Positions 1 through 11,229 of a DNA stretch of 64,000 nucleotides are shown piece by piece. Location of the stretch: assembly GCA_002305535.1 (NCBI GenBank), contig DBRE01000002.1:1352-65351 (forward strand), in the 5' to 3' direction. The stretch comes from Syntrophomonas sp. UBA1376. GTDB lineage: Bacteria > Bacillota > Syntrophomonadia > Syntrophomonadales > Syntrophomonadaceae. Made by a program: the position numbers and the translations under genes. A model generated the notes under the pieces. The model had not been told where the DNA came from, searched no databases, and saw only the letters and a list, made by a program, of their open reading frames with translations. Position 1 is the stretch's first letter. Every line of letters starts with the position of its first letter.

Positions 1-2295
1 GGAGAACTTGCCATCCTTGTGTAGATAAGGGGTGCCGGGATGCTCGATCGTTGGACAGGGCCACTGTAATCCCTTACCTTCCAGGCGGGCATAAGTCATA
101 CCAGCATATGAAGGAGTCAGACTGGTGATTTCCTTGAATATCTCCTCACTGGAAGCATAACTCATAGGATAGCCCATACGAGTGGCCAAATCGCAAAGGA
201 TCTCCCAATCTGGACGAGCCTGACCGGGAGCACTGGCCGCTTTACGTACTCTCTGTACCCGTCGTTCCGTGTTGCTGAAGGTACCGTCCTTTTCGGCAAA
301 ACAGGCACCTGGCAAAACTACATCAGCAAGTTGAGCAGTTTCGGTCAGGAATATATCCTCAACTACCAAAAAGTCCAAATGCTTCAGCGCGGCTTCTACG
401 TGGTGAAGATCTGGATCGCTCATCATAGGATTCTCACCCAGTACAAACAGAGCTTTTATATCTCCATGGTGAGCTTTATTAATGGTCTCAGTAAGAGTCA
501 GTCCATTTTGGTCAGGCAGTTTTACCTGCCAGGCTTCTTCAAATTTAGCCCGAGCAGCTTCATTGGTTACTGCCTGGTAACCGGTATAGACATTGGGCAA
601 ACCGCCCATGTCACAGGCTCCCTGAACATTATTCTGACCACGCAGAGGATCGACTCCGGTACCAGGACGACCTAAGTTGCCTGTCAGCATAGCTAGGTTA
701 CAAACCGATTTGACATTATCGGTTCCGGTACTATGCTGAGTTAATCCCATGGCATAGCAGATGGCAGCCGGACCAGACTGAGCATATAAACGAGCTGCCT
801 TGCGAATATCATCGGCGGGTACCCCGGTAATGGTCTCAGCATACTCAGGGGTATAACTGCTTACCACTTTGGCCATTTCCTCGTAGCCTTCTGTATTCTC
901 TTCGATAAACGCCTGATCGGCTAGACCTTCAGCAATAATAACGTTCATCATAGCATTTAACAGGGCTACATCACTTCCGGGCAGATGTGGCAAATAAACA
1001 TCGGCAATAGAGGCCAAATCAGTGTAGCGCGCATCGGCTACAATTAGCTTGGCACCGTTATATAGAACATTTTTCTTGATCTTCATACCGATAACCGGAT
1101 GATTATCAGTAGGATTGGAACCAATAACAAATATGCAACGGGAATCCTTCTCCAACTCACCAATAGAGTTGGTCATGGCTCCGCTACCAAATGCTGCCCC
1201 CAGACCGGCGACAGTAACTGAGTGTCAGAGGCGGGCGCAGTGATCAACGTTATTAGTTCCTAACACCGCGCGGGTAAACTTTTGAGCCAGATAGTTTTCT
1301 TCGTTGGTCACCCGGGCGGAGGTAAACATGGCTAATGAATCGGGGCCATGTTGATCCTTTACTTCCTGCAGCCTTTGGGCTACCAGGTCAAGAGCTTCAT
1401 CCCAAGAAGCTTCCCGGAACTCACCGTTTTCCTTAATCAGAGGTGTGGTTAAACGATCCGGAGAATTAATGAAATCCCACCCGAAACGTCCCTTAACGCA
1501 TAAAGCTCCCTTGTTGACAGGACTCCATTCTTCTTCACGGTTGGAGGATACTCCTACCACCCGGTCATCCTTTACATTCAGCTCCAGGGTGCATCCGGTA
1601 CCACAGTAAGTACAGGTGGTAAGCACTCGGTCGACTTCAAAAGCACGACCTTGGCCAGCGCTGACTTTACTGGTCAGAGCTCCAGTTGGACATACCATCA
1701 CACACTGTCCGCAGAATACGCAGGGTGAATCTTCCAGATAGCCATCAAAAGCTACAGCTATTTTGGAGTGATGACCGCGATTCTCGACATTGATGGCACG
1801 GGCTACGGTAATCTCTTCACAAGCCCTTACGCACCGGGTACACATAATGCATTTGTTATAGTCTCTCTCCAGGAATGGATTGGGGTCGTCAACAGTGTAT
1901 ATACGACGGCCACCATCTTCAAAACTGCTTTCTTTAATACCGTATTCGTAGCAGTAATCCTGGAACGTACAGTCTCCGTTTTTGTCACAGGTCTGGCAGC
2001 TAAAATCATGGCGAGCTGCCAGCAGTTCCAAAATAACCCTGCGAGCTTGCATGATTTGGTCACTATGTGTCTCAATCACCATGCCTTCTTCAGCAGGAGC
2101 TACACAGGATGCCAGAAACAAAGGCCGATTTTTGCATTCGACTATACACATACGGCAGGAGCCAGCCAACCTTAAGTCGGGGTCGTAGCACAGAGTTGGT
2201 ATTTCGATCCCATTCAGTTGACAGGCCTGAAGTAGCGTACTGCCTCGTGGAGCCTCAACTTCTCTGCCATTTATGGTAAGGCGGATCATTTTCAT
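1..2295 (-). CDS. fdhA: formate dehydrogenase catalytic (alpha) subunit, selenocysteine-containing Mo/W-bis-PGD enzyme with N-terminal 2Fe-2S/4Fe-4S domains; C-terminus cut by window edge
   Basis: ORF 1225..2295 has an N-terminal ferredoxin-like region (CRMCIVEC, CxxCxxxC clusters) and then ends ...VDHCARL at TGA 1225-1227. The same frame stays open to base 1 and reads HSVTVAGLGAAFGSGAMTNSIGEL..., the conserved FDH active-site context (U-H-S-x-T-V). I therefore read the TGA as Sec. Confidence 0.9.
1194..1214 (-). promoter_or_regulatory. SECIS-like hairpin downstream of the fdhA UGA
   Basis: The mRNA after the UGA reads CAC UCA GUU A-CUGUCGCC-GGUCU-GGGGGCAG. This is a 7-of-8 bp stem starting about 11 nt after UGA, with a GGUCU apical loop at the same codon position (A-G-L) as the E. 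coli fdhF SECIS loop. Confidence 0.55.
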
Positions 2296-2305
2296 CCCCC
2301 TTTCT

Positions 2306-3538
2306 TCATGAAATTGCAGCGAGTAATCGCCGCTTATAATCGTCGCTAAAATGTTCCAAAGTAGTTAGTATTGGAGTTGGAGCCGCCTGCCCTAGGCCGC
2401 ATAAACAGGCTTTAGTCATAACCTTGGAAAGAGTGGATAAATTTTCCACATCGCTTGGGGTAGCCTGCCCTGTTTTAATTTTTTTCATCAATTCATAACT
2501 GCGGAAGGTGCCCTCCCTGCAAGGGTTGCATTTGCCGCATGATTCATGCTCAAAGAACTTAGCTATGCGGGTAACAACATCGACCATATCGCGGGTTTCA
2601 TCCATAACAAATACTGCTCCAGTTCCTAGCGTAATACCTGCATCACGCATAGAATCAAAGTCCAGAGGAGTATCCAGAAGATGTTCAGGAATAAAGGCTC
2701 CTGAAGTCCCGCCTATCTGTACAGCCTTAAAAGCTTTACCGTTAGGAATTCCTCCCCCCAAATCAAATATAAGTTCCCGAATAGTGGTGTTAGTAGGAAC
2801 CTCAAAAGGTCGGCGGTTGACTACATCACCGGTCAAAGTGAATACTTTGGTGCCCGGGTAGTTTGGGGAGCCAATGCTGGCAAACCATTCCGAACCATTT
2901 TTTACAATGGCGGGAAGATTCGCAAAGGTCTCCACATTATTGACTACCGTTGGCTTGCCCCAGAGTCCGGCTACACCCGGGAAAGGGGGCTTAAACCTTG
3001 GTTCACCTCGGTGACCTTCAATAGATTCGATCAACGCAGTCTCTTCACCACAAACGTAGGCACCCCCGCCCATGCGGACTTCAATATTAAAGTCTCCCAG
3101 TTGGCCACTTTGCTTAGCCTGCTCTATGGCACGATTAAGGTGATCAACTACGAAAGGATACTCACCGCGGCAGTAAATGTAGCCCTGCTTGGAACGGATA
3201 GCATGAGCACAAATAGCCATACCTTCCAACAGTAAATGGGGGTCTGCCTCAACTATGGTACGATCCTTATAAGTGCCGGGCTCGCCCTCATCCAAATTAC
3301 ATACCACATAGGTTTCCGGAGCAGTTTCCGGAACAAATCCCCACTTCATACCGGCGTTAAAACCAGCTCCTCCCCGCCCACGCAGTTTGGAACTTCGCAC
3401 CAAGTCGATTAACTCCTTGGCAGACATAGTGCGAACCTTTTCCAGTGATTTATACCCACCAGCGTTCAGGTAATCGTCCAGGCTAGCTGGATCAATTTTA
3501 CCAGCATTGGCCAGAACGATACGATATTCCTGGGCCAT
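2306..3538 (-). CDS. NuoF-like NAD(H)-binding FMN/4Fe-4S flavoprotein subunit of the formate dehydrogenase complex
   Basis: 410 aa with GRGGAGF, CGEETALIESIEG and ESCGKCNPCREG motifs typical of the 51 kDa NuoF/HydB family. It sits 10 nt upstream of fdhA on the same strand. Confidence 0.9.
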   Translation of the reverse strand: MAQEYRIVLANAGKIDPASLDDYLNAGGYKSLEKVRTMSAKELIDLVRSSKLRGRGGAGFNAGMKWGFVPETAPETYVVCNLDEGEPGTYKDRTIVEADPHLLLEGMAICAHAIRSKQGYIYCRGEYPFVVDHLNRAIEQAKQSGQLGDFNIEVRMGGGAYVCGEETALIESIEGHRGEPRFKPPFPGVAGLWGKPTVVNNVETFANLPAIVKNGSEWFASIGSPNYPGTKVFTLTGDVVNRRPFEVPTNTTIRELIFDLGGGIPNGKAFKAVQIGGTSGAFIPEHLLDTPLDFDSMRDAGITLGTGAVFVMDETRDMVDVVTRIAKFFEHESCGKCNPCREGTFRSYELMKKIKTGQATPSDVENLSTLSKVMTKACLCGLGQAAPTPILTTLEHFSDDYKRRLLAAIS

Positions 3539-3556
3539 GATCTTCCTCCTTCCTGG

Positions 3557-4000
3557 TTAAGTGCACTGGGCCAAAACAGCTGATATTTTATCAGGGGACA
3601 TGTCGGTATAGGGCACACTGTTAATGGTAATGACCGGGGTCTCCTGACATTGGCCAACACACTCTGCTAGTTCCAGAGTGAACTTACCATCGGGAGTAGT
3701 CTGTCCTACCTCAATACCCAAAGTTTTTTCCAGCGCCTTAAGCAGTTCATCTGCTCCTGCAACATGACAGGGGGCGCTTTCGCACATACGAATAATGTAC
3801 TTCCCCCTTTTTTCCACAGATAAATAGGAGTAGAAGGTGGCCACACCATAGGCTTGAGCTTCAGAAATGCCAAAAGCAAGGGATGCTTCCCGGATCGCTT
3901 CCTGGGGCAGGTAATTGAACTCATCTTGGATGGCATGGTAGGCTTCTATCAATCCCCCTGGTTTATCTTGATAACGAGCTATTATTTCCCTAATATCCAT
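3557..4000 (-). CDS. NuoE-like 2Fe-2S thioredoxin-fold subunit
   Basis: 147 aa with a CESAPCHV...CVGQC pattern (24 kDa NuoE/HydC family). GGAGG lies upstream of the ATG. It is the first gene of the nuoE-nuoF-fdhA operon. Confidence 0.9.
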   Translation of the reverse strand: MDIREIIARYQDKPGGLIEAYHAIQDEFNYLPQEAIREASLAFGISEAQAYGVATFYSYLSVEKRGKYIIRMCESAPCHVAGADELLKALEKTLGIEVGQTTPDGKFTLELAECVGQCQETPVITINSVPYTDMSPDKISAVLAQCT

Positions 4001-4375
4001 TAATTCACCTCCCTCATAATTCCTACCTAATTACACACCCCGTATGTGCAATTATTCACATTCCTATCCAACGGTTCCAACAGTATTTCTTCGACATAAG
4101 TGATATCGTATCCTTTGCCAAACTAAAAATTATGGCTAAAAATATCTAGACTATAAACCCAAATTATAATTAATATTCCTGAATAACATATCAGAGCTAT
4201 AAATAAGCAGAAAACAACGGTAAGTTGGGAAGGGAAGGGATTTACTGGTAGGCAGAGAATAAAAAATGATCGAAAAATGAACACCGACCAAAGGCCCGAT
4301 AAGAGTAAGTAAAATTTATGTATGCTATAAAAAATGGTTCGTAGCTAAGACTTAGAACGTGAAATGGAATAGCAT

Positions 4376-4400
4376 AGAAAAAGCCCGCTCAATAGCGGGC
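4376..4400 (-). terminator. rho-independent terminator after the DUF1015 gene
   Basis: The minus strand reads GCCCGCTATTGAGCGGGC followed by TTTTTC. Confidence 0.6.
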
Positions 4401-4476
4401 CCACATTGAAAAGCCATAGAGTTTTCGGGGGGCGTATTGTGAACCAATTAAGATCTGGTTAAAACGCCCCTCAATC

Positions 4477-5778
4477 CTATAATATATCCAAGTTGTTTAT
4501 GATTAACCCTGTGATCAATTTCGGGTAAAAGTAGGTGGATTTTTGAGGCATCTTATCCCGAGCCTGGGCCACATCAACTATTTCCTGCACTTGAGTAGGG
4601 TTAAGAAGGAAACCTAATTGGTAACTACGATTCTTGATCTGAGCGATCACCCACTCCTCGCTACGGCTGTAGGCCAAGTTATCCTGGCTGCGTCGCTGCG
4701 CTTCACCAATGCCCAGCATGTTATCCAGGATAAGATTATCAAGTATAGCTACGTCTAGGGATTTCCATGACTGAGACCGATCAGATGGCAGAAGCTGCGC
4801 TGCAGTTTCCCAGTCTCTCAAGGTAAGAAAATAGAGTTGTTCGCCAGCTACCATGCCAAATACGTGGTCGTTTTTGTGCTCCTCTAGTTGTGCCATCAAT
4901 TGGGGGAGATCATCCAGGGTGCCAACTTCGCGTACCTCAAATAAAGCAGAGAGCTGCTCTTGAATGGATTTAACCGTCAAATCACTTAGATTTCCCACTA
5001 CTCGGTGAGTTGGTAATACCACTAAGCCGGGATCGTAGACATTGACCAGGGTAGTGAGTACATAATCATACCCTGGTTTATTTTGTTCTCTCATCTCCTG
5101 AGCAAACTCCAGGGCTGTTTCATAACGGTGGTGCCCATCAGCGATATATATCTGTTTATCATGGAAAAAATCTACCACCTGCTGGATAACAGTAGCATTT
5201 TGAATTACCCAGATGCGGTGTGATTCGCCGTCTTCATCGGTTATATCGATATCGGGTGGAAGCTTTTCAGTTGCTTCTCGCATCCAGTGGCTTACTTCCT
5301 GGCTTGGGTCAGAATAAAGGCCAAATATCGAGCTGAAATTACTGTGCGTAGCACGCATCAATTGCAGGCGATCTGCCTTTGGCTTGGAAAGGGTTTCCTC
5401 ATGAGGTAGGGTTGTACCGGATTCATATGGCTCCACCTTAAGACCACACACCAAACCAGTGCGTATCATTGGTTGGCCTTTAACCAAGTACTCCTGTTCA
5501 TATAAGTATAAGGATGGCTGGGATTCGGGGATAAGGATTTTTTCTTCAAGCCATTTTTCTAAATATTGATTGGCCCGAGAATAACGATTATTATTGGCAG
5601 TGTCTTCGGCATAAGTTAATCCCAGCTCCAAACGAATGATGTTGGCAGGGTGTTGGGCATAATATCTGGCTTGAGCAGCCTCGTCTATAATATCGTATGG
5701 TGGTGTTACCACATGGGCAAGATCATCGATTTTATCTCGGTTATAGCGTAATCCTCTAAATGGGATAATTGAAGCCAT
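4477..5778 (-). CDS. DUF1015 family protein
   Basis: The N-terminus MASIIPFRGLRYN matches the DUF1015 signature. I chose the internal ATG at 5778 because AAGGAGG lies 7 nt upstream; the ORF-track start at 5829 has no RBS. Confidence 0.8.
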   Translation of the reverse strand: MASIIPFRGLRYNRDKIDDLAHVVTPPYDIIDEAAQARYYAQHPANIIRLELGLTYAEDTANNNRYSRANQYLEKWLEEKILIPESQPSLYLYEQEYLVKGQPMIRTGLVCGLKVEPYESGTTLPHEETLSKPKADRLQLMRATHSNFSSIFGLYSDPSQEVSHWMREATEKLPPDIDITDEDGESHRIWVIQNATVIQQVVDFFHDKQIYIADGHHRYETALEFAQEMREQNKPGYDYVLTTLVNVYDPGLVVLPTHRVVGNLSDLTVKSIQEQLSALFEVREVGTLDDLPQLMAQLEEHKNDHVFGMVAGEQLYFLTLRDWETAAQLLPSDRSQSWKSLDVAILDNLILDNMLGIGEAQRRSQDNLAYSRSEEWVIAQIKNRSYQLGFLLNPTQVQEIVDVAQARDKMPQKSTYFYPKLITGLIINNLDIL

Positions 5779-5932
5779 AAAGTTAGACCCCTCCTTAAAT
5801 ATGGCATTACAGGCCTTCGTATTGTTCAATTTTAGTATAAGAAACTTGGCAATGCAATCAAATTGCTTGATTTCGACCTTCGATAGTGTTTAAATAATGA
5901 AATACGCGCACTACTTTTATGGAGGGTTATAA

Positions 5933-6697
5933 TTGCTGGTTGATTATCATGTGCATGTAGTTGCCCACGGTGAATACCATTATAGGGAAGAGTGGCTCAA
6001 CCAATATTTAGACCGAGCTCAGCAGAGAGGTGTTCAGGCCATTGGATTGATTGAACATGATCAGTTCAGGGAAAAAATAGACTGGAAGCTAATTGAAGCG
6101 TCGAAAAGACCAGACCTTCACATTGCTGCTGGTTTGGAAATAGACTTTGTGCCAGGTAGGGAAGAGAGCATAAAGAGAATGATCGATCAGCTTCCTCTGG
6201 ATTTTGTGATGGGTTCGGTGCATTTCATTGATGATTGGGCATTTGATCATCCTGACCACCGCGCCGGATTTGATGCCTTAGATATTGACCAGGTATATAG
6301 CGATTATTATGTACTTATCGATAAATTGGTGAAAAGCCGCCTATTTGACATAATTGGTCACCTCGATCTGATAAAAATTTGGGGACATCGACCGCATAAA
6401 AAGGATTCTCTACAGCACGTCCAACCAATTTTACATAGTATAAAAGCATCACCAATGGTAATAGAAATTAACAGTGCTGGACTGAGAAAACCGGTGCAGG
6501 AAATGTATCCTTGCAGGCAGATCATAGAAAAGATGTTTCAACTTGGCCTGCCTGTTACTATGGGATCAGATGCTCATCATCCGGATCAGGTGGCAGAAGG
6601 GTTGGCTGATGTTTCGCGAACTCTGTGGAGTATTGGTTATCGTAAGGTGATAGCGTTTAAGGGCAGAGAGTCGTATCCTCTACCACTGGCTTTATAA
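5933..6697 (+). CDS. PHP-domain histidinol-phosphatase family protein (HisJ-like)
   Basis: DYHVHV at the N-terminus and GSDAHHP near the C-terminus. TTG start with GGAGGG upstream. Confidence 0.8.
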   Translation: MLVDYHVHVVAHGEYHYREEWLNQYLDRAQQRGVQAIGLIEHDQFREKIDWKLIEASKRPDLHIAAGLEIDFVPGREESIKRMIDQLPLDFVMGSVHFIDDWAFDHPDHRAGFDALDIDQVYSDYYVLIDKLVKSRLFDIIGHLDLIKIWGHRPHKKDSLQHVQPILHSIKASPMVIEINSAGLRKPVQEMYPCRQIIEKMFQLGLPVTMGSDAHHPDQVAEGLADVSRTLWSIGYRKVIAFKGRESYPLPLAL

Positions 6698-6713
6698 AAA
6701 GGAGATAGTACTA

Positions 6714-7727
6714 ATGAGCAGCATAGCATGGTTGTTGGTTAGCCTGGGTGTTATTCTAGTTGGAGCAGAAGTATTTGTTAATGGAGTTGAATGGTTAGGA
6801 AAAAGGCTTAATCTGTCCGAGGGAGCAGTTGGTAGTGTTTTGGCTGCGGTAGGTACTGCGTTACCTGAGACCCTGATCCCCATAATTGCCATAGTGTTTT
6901 CCGCTGGTGATGCTGGTCATGAAATAGGCATCGGTGCTATTCTGGGTGCTCCACTGATGCTGTCGACATTGGCTATGTTTGTGACCGGAACGGCCGTGGT
7001 GATCTTTCATAGAAGACGGGTACATGGTGCCAAAGTAGTAGCTGATTATTCTACCATGTCCAGGGATCTGGGTTTCTTCATTGTTGTGTATGGTGTGGCG
7101 GTACTGACCGGACTCATTCCACCTGGTTTCCGAAATATACAGTTGATCATTGCAGGGTTATTGGTAATCTCTTACTTCTGGTATGTATTTGTATTGATTT
7201 TAGAAGAGCGCGATATTAACTGTGATGACGCAATGCCCAAGTGCTATTTTGCTCCACGTAAAGAAACGCCCTCTCTGCCGGTGATATTTTTACAAGTTAT
7301 AGTGGCTTTGGGCTTTATTATCGTAGGGGCTAGTCTATTTGTAGATTCGGTCAGCAGTATTGCGGTTCTTTATGGGGTACCAGCTTTTGTGTTGGCGCTA
7401 ATAATTACACCGGTGGCGACTGAGCTACCAGAGAAATTCAACAGCGTGATCTGGGTATCGCGCGAAAAAGATACCCTAGCTCTGGGAAATATTACGGGTG
7501 CCATGGTATTTCAGAGTTCTTTGATACCAGCTATAGGTATAGCCTTAACCGATTGGCAGTTGACCACCGGTGCTCTGCTGGCTGCCTTGATTGCTGTGGT
7601 ATCAGCTGGGTTTTTATATTGGGAGATCAAGACCAAGAAGCACATCACTGCTCCAATGTTGTTGCTAGGAGGGGCGTTCTATCTACTGTTCATTGTGGGT
7701 GTAATAGAAGGATTCATCAGCTGGTAG
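6714..7727 (+). CDS. sodium/calcium exchanger (CaCA family) membrane protein
   Basis: 337 aa polytopic protein with two alpha-repeat-like segments (GTALPE..., ATELPEKF). Confidence 0.8.
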   Translation: MSSIAWLLVSLGVILVGAEVFVNGVEWLGKRLNLSEGAVGSVLAAVGTALPETLIPIIAIVFSAGDAGHEIGIGAILGAPLMLSTLAMFVTGTAVVIFHRRRVHGAKVVADYSTMSRDLGFFIVVYGVAVLTGLIPPGFRNIQLIIAGLLVISYFWYVFVLILEERDINCDDAMPKCYFAPRKETPSLPVIFLQVIVALGFIIVGASLFVDSVSSIAVLYGVPAFVLALIITPVATELPEKFNSVIWVSREKDTLALGNITGAMVFQSSLIPAIGIALTDWQLTTGALLAALIAVVSAGFLYWEIKTKKHITAPMLLLGGAFYLLFIVGVIEGFISW

Positions 7728-7773
7728 GGAGTATGCGCGTGTTATCGAAGTAATATAAATATATGAATATGAC

Positions 7774-7810
7774 AAAAAAAGAACCGGGTGTTTTCATCCG
7801 GTTCTTTTGC
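7774..7810. terminator. bidirectional terminator between the CaCA gene and a convergent small gene
   Basis: A-run, then GAACCGG-loop-CCGGTTC, then T-run. Confidence 0.6.
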
Positions 7811-7829
7811 TTTATTCTTTTGATGTATT

Positions 7830-8075
7830 TTAGCCGGCTTGTTTTAGCGAATGCATAGTCTGTTGTTTTCTGTAGTACTGTTGGTAGGCTCCTGCCCAAC
7901 GAACGGCTTCATCTGCTCTTTTACGTTCCAAAAGCACTCTTAGTTTCGCAAACCTCTCCCGGGCATCCTTTTCGATTATGATGGTAGCCATGTATAGGGC
8001 TACATATAGGCCACCTTTGACTAAGAAGTAAATAAAGGTATAGAACAGAAAAGTTTGTTGAAGCTCAGTCATCAC
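7830..8075 (-). CDS. hypothetical small membrane protein (one N-terminal TM helix plus a basic helical tail)
   Basis: 81 aa ORF with AAGGAGGAGG upstream of the ATG. No family recognised. Confidence 0.5.
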   Translation of the reverse strand: MMTELQQTFLFYTFIYFLVKGGLYVALYMATIIIEKDARERFAKLRVLLERKRADEAVRWAGAYQQYYRKQQTMHSLKQAG

Positions 8076-8110
8076 TATCCTCCTCCTTCATAAATAGAGA
8101 GAAGCTAGAT

Positions 8111-8209
8111 TTAGGTTTCTAAGTAAACACGTTTAAACACGTATAATATGCTGACTGTTCCGCTGATGAGGGTGATTCCAATAGCTGCCGCAGCAAATAA
8201 ACCGGTCAT
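8111..8209 (-). CDS. putative 32-aa hydrophobic peptide (MTGLFAAAAIGITLISGTVSILYVFKRVYLET)
   Basis: Not in the ORF track because it is under 60 aa. GAGGAGGGG lies 6 nt upstream of the ATG, and the ORF ends 35 nt upstream of the 81-aa gene. Confidence 0.35.
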   Translation of the reverse strand: MTGLFAAAAIGITLISGTVSILYVFKRVYLET

Positions 8210-8243
8210 AATACCCCTCCTCACAAATTCACAACCTGTGATG

Positions 8244-8265
8244 TTAACAACATATTAACAACATA
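8244..8265. repeat. tandem direct repeat TTAACAACATA x2 in the promoter region of the small-peptide genes
   Basis: Two exact 11-nt copies lie head to tail, 35-56 nt upstream of the 32-aa ORF start. Confidence 0.6.
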
Positions 8266-8406
8266 TGATGTATTTAGCAAATTGCGTAATTGTTCGCAAT
8301 ATTAAGGAAAATAAAAAGAAGAGGCTAAAAAGCCTCTTAAACAGTTCATATTAGCAAAAAAAACGAGCTGAATTCAGCTCATTAAATGCCCGTTGTTCTT
8401 ATTGAT

Positions 8407-8607
8407 TTATTCAGGGTCCATCTTTTCCTCGTCTTCATTCAAACCAATAATTTGTCCGCCCATACCTTCAAAACCTTCGCGCCATTCATCCAGATACTGT
8501 TCGATCAATCTTCGTACCAGTCGAGATTTGGTAGTTGCCTGATCCGCACAGGCAAACCGTAATTCACGATCGATATCTTCTGGGACGACTACAGATATGT
8601 ACTTCAT
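8407..8607 (-). CDS. ribbon-helix-helix (CopG-like) DNA-binding protein
   Basis: MKYISVVVPEDIDRELRFACADQATTKSRLVRRLIEQYL fits the RHH beta-alpha-alpha pattern. The start is set at the ATG preceded by GGAGGAGAAAGG. Two hairpin/T-run terminators follow it. Confidence 0.6.
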   Translation of the reverse strand: MKYISVVVPEDIDRELRFACADQATTKSRLVRRLIEQYLDEWREGFEGMGGQIIGLNEDEEKMDPE

Positions 8608-9129
8608 ACCTTTCTCCTCCCTTCTACTGATCATTTAATACTCCGCTCCCTAATACTATCCTTATTGTAATATTAAGTAGCTGGGCATTCAATTCGCTTG
8701 TGACAATTTGCACTATAAACAGGGCGCTTCGCATTTTGGCAAGGATAAAGACACCTAATTGTAATTGGGATCACTATCACAATAATAAGGTATTATCCTA
8801 AATATCTTGTGAAGCTTACAAAATTGGGCATTTGTAGGCTGTTATCCTGACAGCATGCATAGGATTCTCCTAATCCCGTAAATTTGTCATTTCAACAAAT
8901 GAGACGAAAAATAGTGCGTACAGGAGTTAAAAAGCGCATGATAAGCAGCAAAAAGCACCATATCATATTAACAAGATAGTCAAGAATGAGTAGCAAAACG
9001 TTCCAGGTCAGTAAGTTCTGCCCACACCCGTTTACCCGGAGAATACTTTTTTAGGGGCCGATAGTATACTATTGACCTTGCGAAGCAATTCTTGCTAGGC
9101 TAAAAAGGAGGAGAAAGGGAGTGCTTGGT

Positions 9130-9474
9130 ATGTCTACTAATCCATATGATAATGCCCATGAATTGTCCAGATCTATTTTACAAAGCGAAATATTCAATAA
9201 TTATCTGCAGACCAAAAAGGAGCTTGACCGAAAACCGGCTAGCCGTGATAAGGTCTTAGAGTTTCGCAACCGCCAAATGGTAGTTAATCGCGCCCATGTT
9301 ACCGGAGAAGAAGTTCCTGCAGACTTCATCAGACAGCTTAGTCTTGATTTTGCTAAATTAAATCAAGAAAAGGACATAGCTGCGTTCTTCAATGCGGAAG
9401 CCGAATTCATAAACATGTTTAATGATATTCAGGAAATCATTCGACAGTCTATAGATAAGGTTCTGTCTGAATAG
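9130..9474 (+). CDS. YlbF/YmcA family protein
   Basis: About 114 aa helical protein whose length and pattern (YDNAHELSRSILQSEIF...FNAEAEF...IQEII) are typical of this family. AGGAGGAG lies upstream. Confidence 0.7.
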   Translation: MSTNPYDNAHELSRSILQSEIFNNYLQTKKELDRKPASRDKVLEFRNRQMVVNRAHVTGEEVPADFIRQLSLDFAKLNQEKDIAAFFNAEAEFINMFNDIQEIIRQSIDKVLSE

Positions 9475-9582
9475 AAATGTATATTAGCATTTGTACTTAT
9501 AATGCCACCCGGGCAAGCTAGTAAATCTGGTATGCGCCCGATAGCCAGTGGAGAATACCCATTTAAATGAATCCATTAATTA

Positions 9583-9609
9583 GTCAGGGATCTTCCCTGG
9601 CTTTTTTTT
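9583..9609 (+). terminator. rho-independent terminator
   Basis: GTCAGGGA-TCT-TCCCTGGC followed by T8. Confidence 0.7.
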
Positions 9610-9688
9610 AAGCTTTGGTAGATGTTGATCATGAATACAATATATCTGGCCAGAATCTATTTACAGTCCGTCAGGCTGCTCTCTATAA

Positions 9689-11068
<1,380 letters not shown>

Positions 11069-11229
11069 TAGGCTTAAATAGACGGAGGGTGTTACCTGTA
11101 GACGGGAGCATCCTCTTTTTTACTTTAAATCCTGTGGTGGGCAACTGTTTAGAGGCACTTTGGGTTTGTTTCTAGTTTGCTTTTGGCTGTGTTATAATAA
11201 GCTCTAATGTATATAGTAGGAGGACGACT

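Noticed and set aside
1225-1227. The TGA in fdhA read as a genuine stop, giving a truncated or pseudogenised formate dehydrogenase.
   Set aside because: The frame stays open for more than 400 further codons, encodes the conserved post-Sec FDH motif and Mo-pterin domains, and has a SECIS-like hairpin. Selenocysteine recoding is the better reading.
331-2279. ORF-track entries antisense to or out of frame within fdhA (331..675, 1768..2175, 1827..2075, 1982..2188, 2067..2279).
   Set aside because: They lie wholly inside a well-supported conserved gene, have no RBS, and their products are low-complexity or unrecognisable.
4001-4375. A Moco/Wco riboswitch in the long AT-rich leader of the formate dehydrogenase operon.
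   Set aside because: I found no recognisable conserved Moco-motif core by eye. The region is mostly AT-rich with only weak hairpins. An Rfam scan would be needed to exclude it fully.
8899-8979. A 26-aa very basic ORF (MRRKIVRTGVKKRMISSKKHHIILTR) in the large spacer.
   Set aside because: It has no Shine-Dalgarno sequence and does not match a ribosomal or other known small basic protein.
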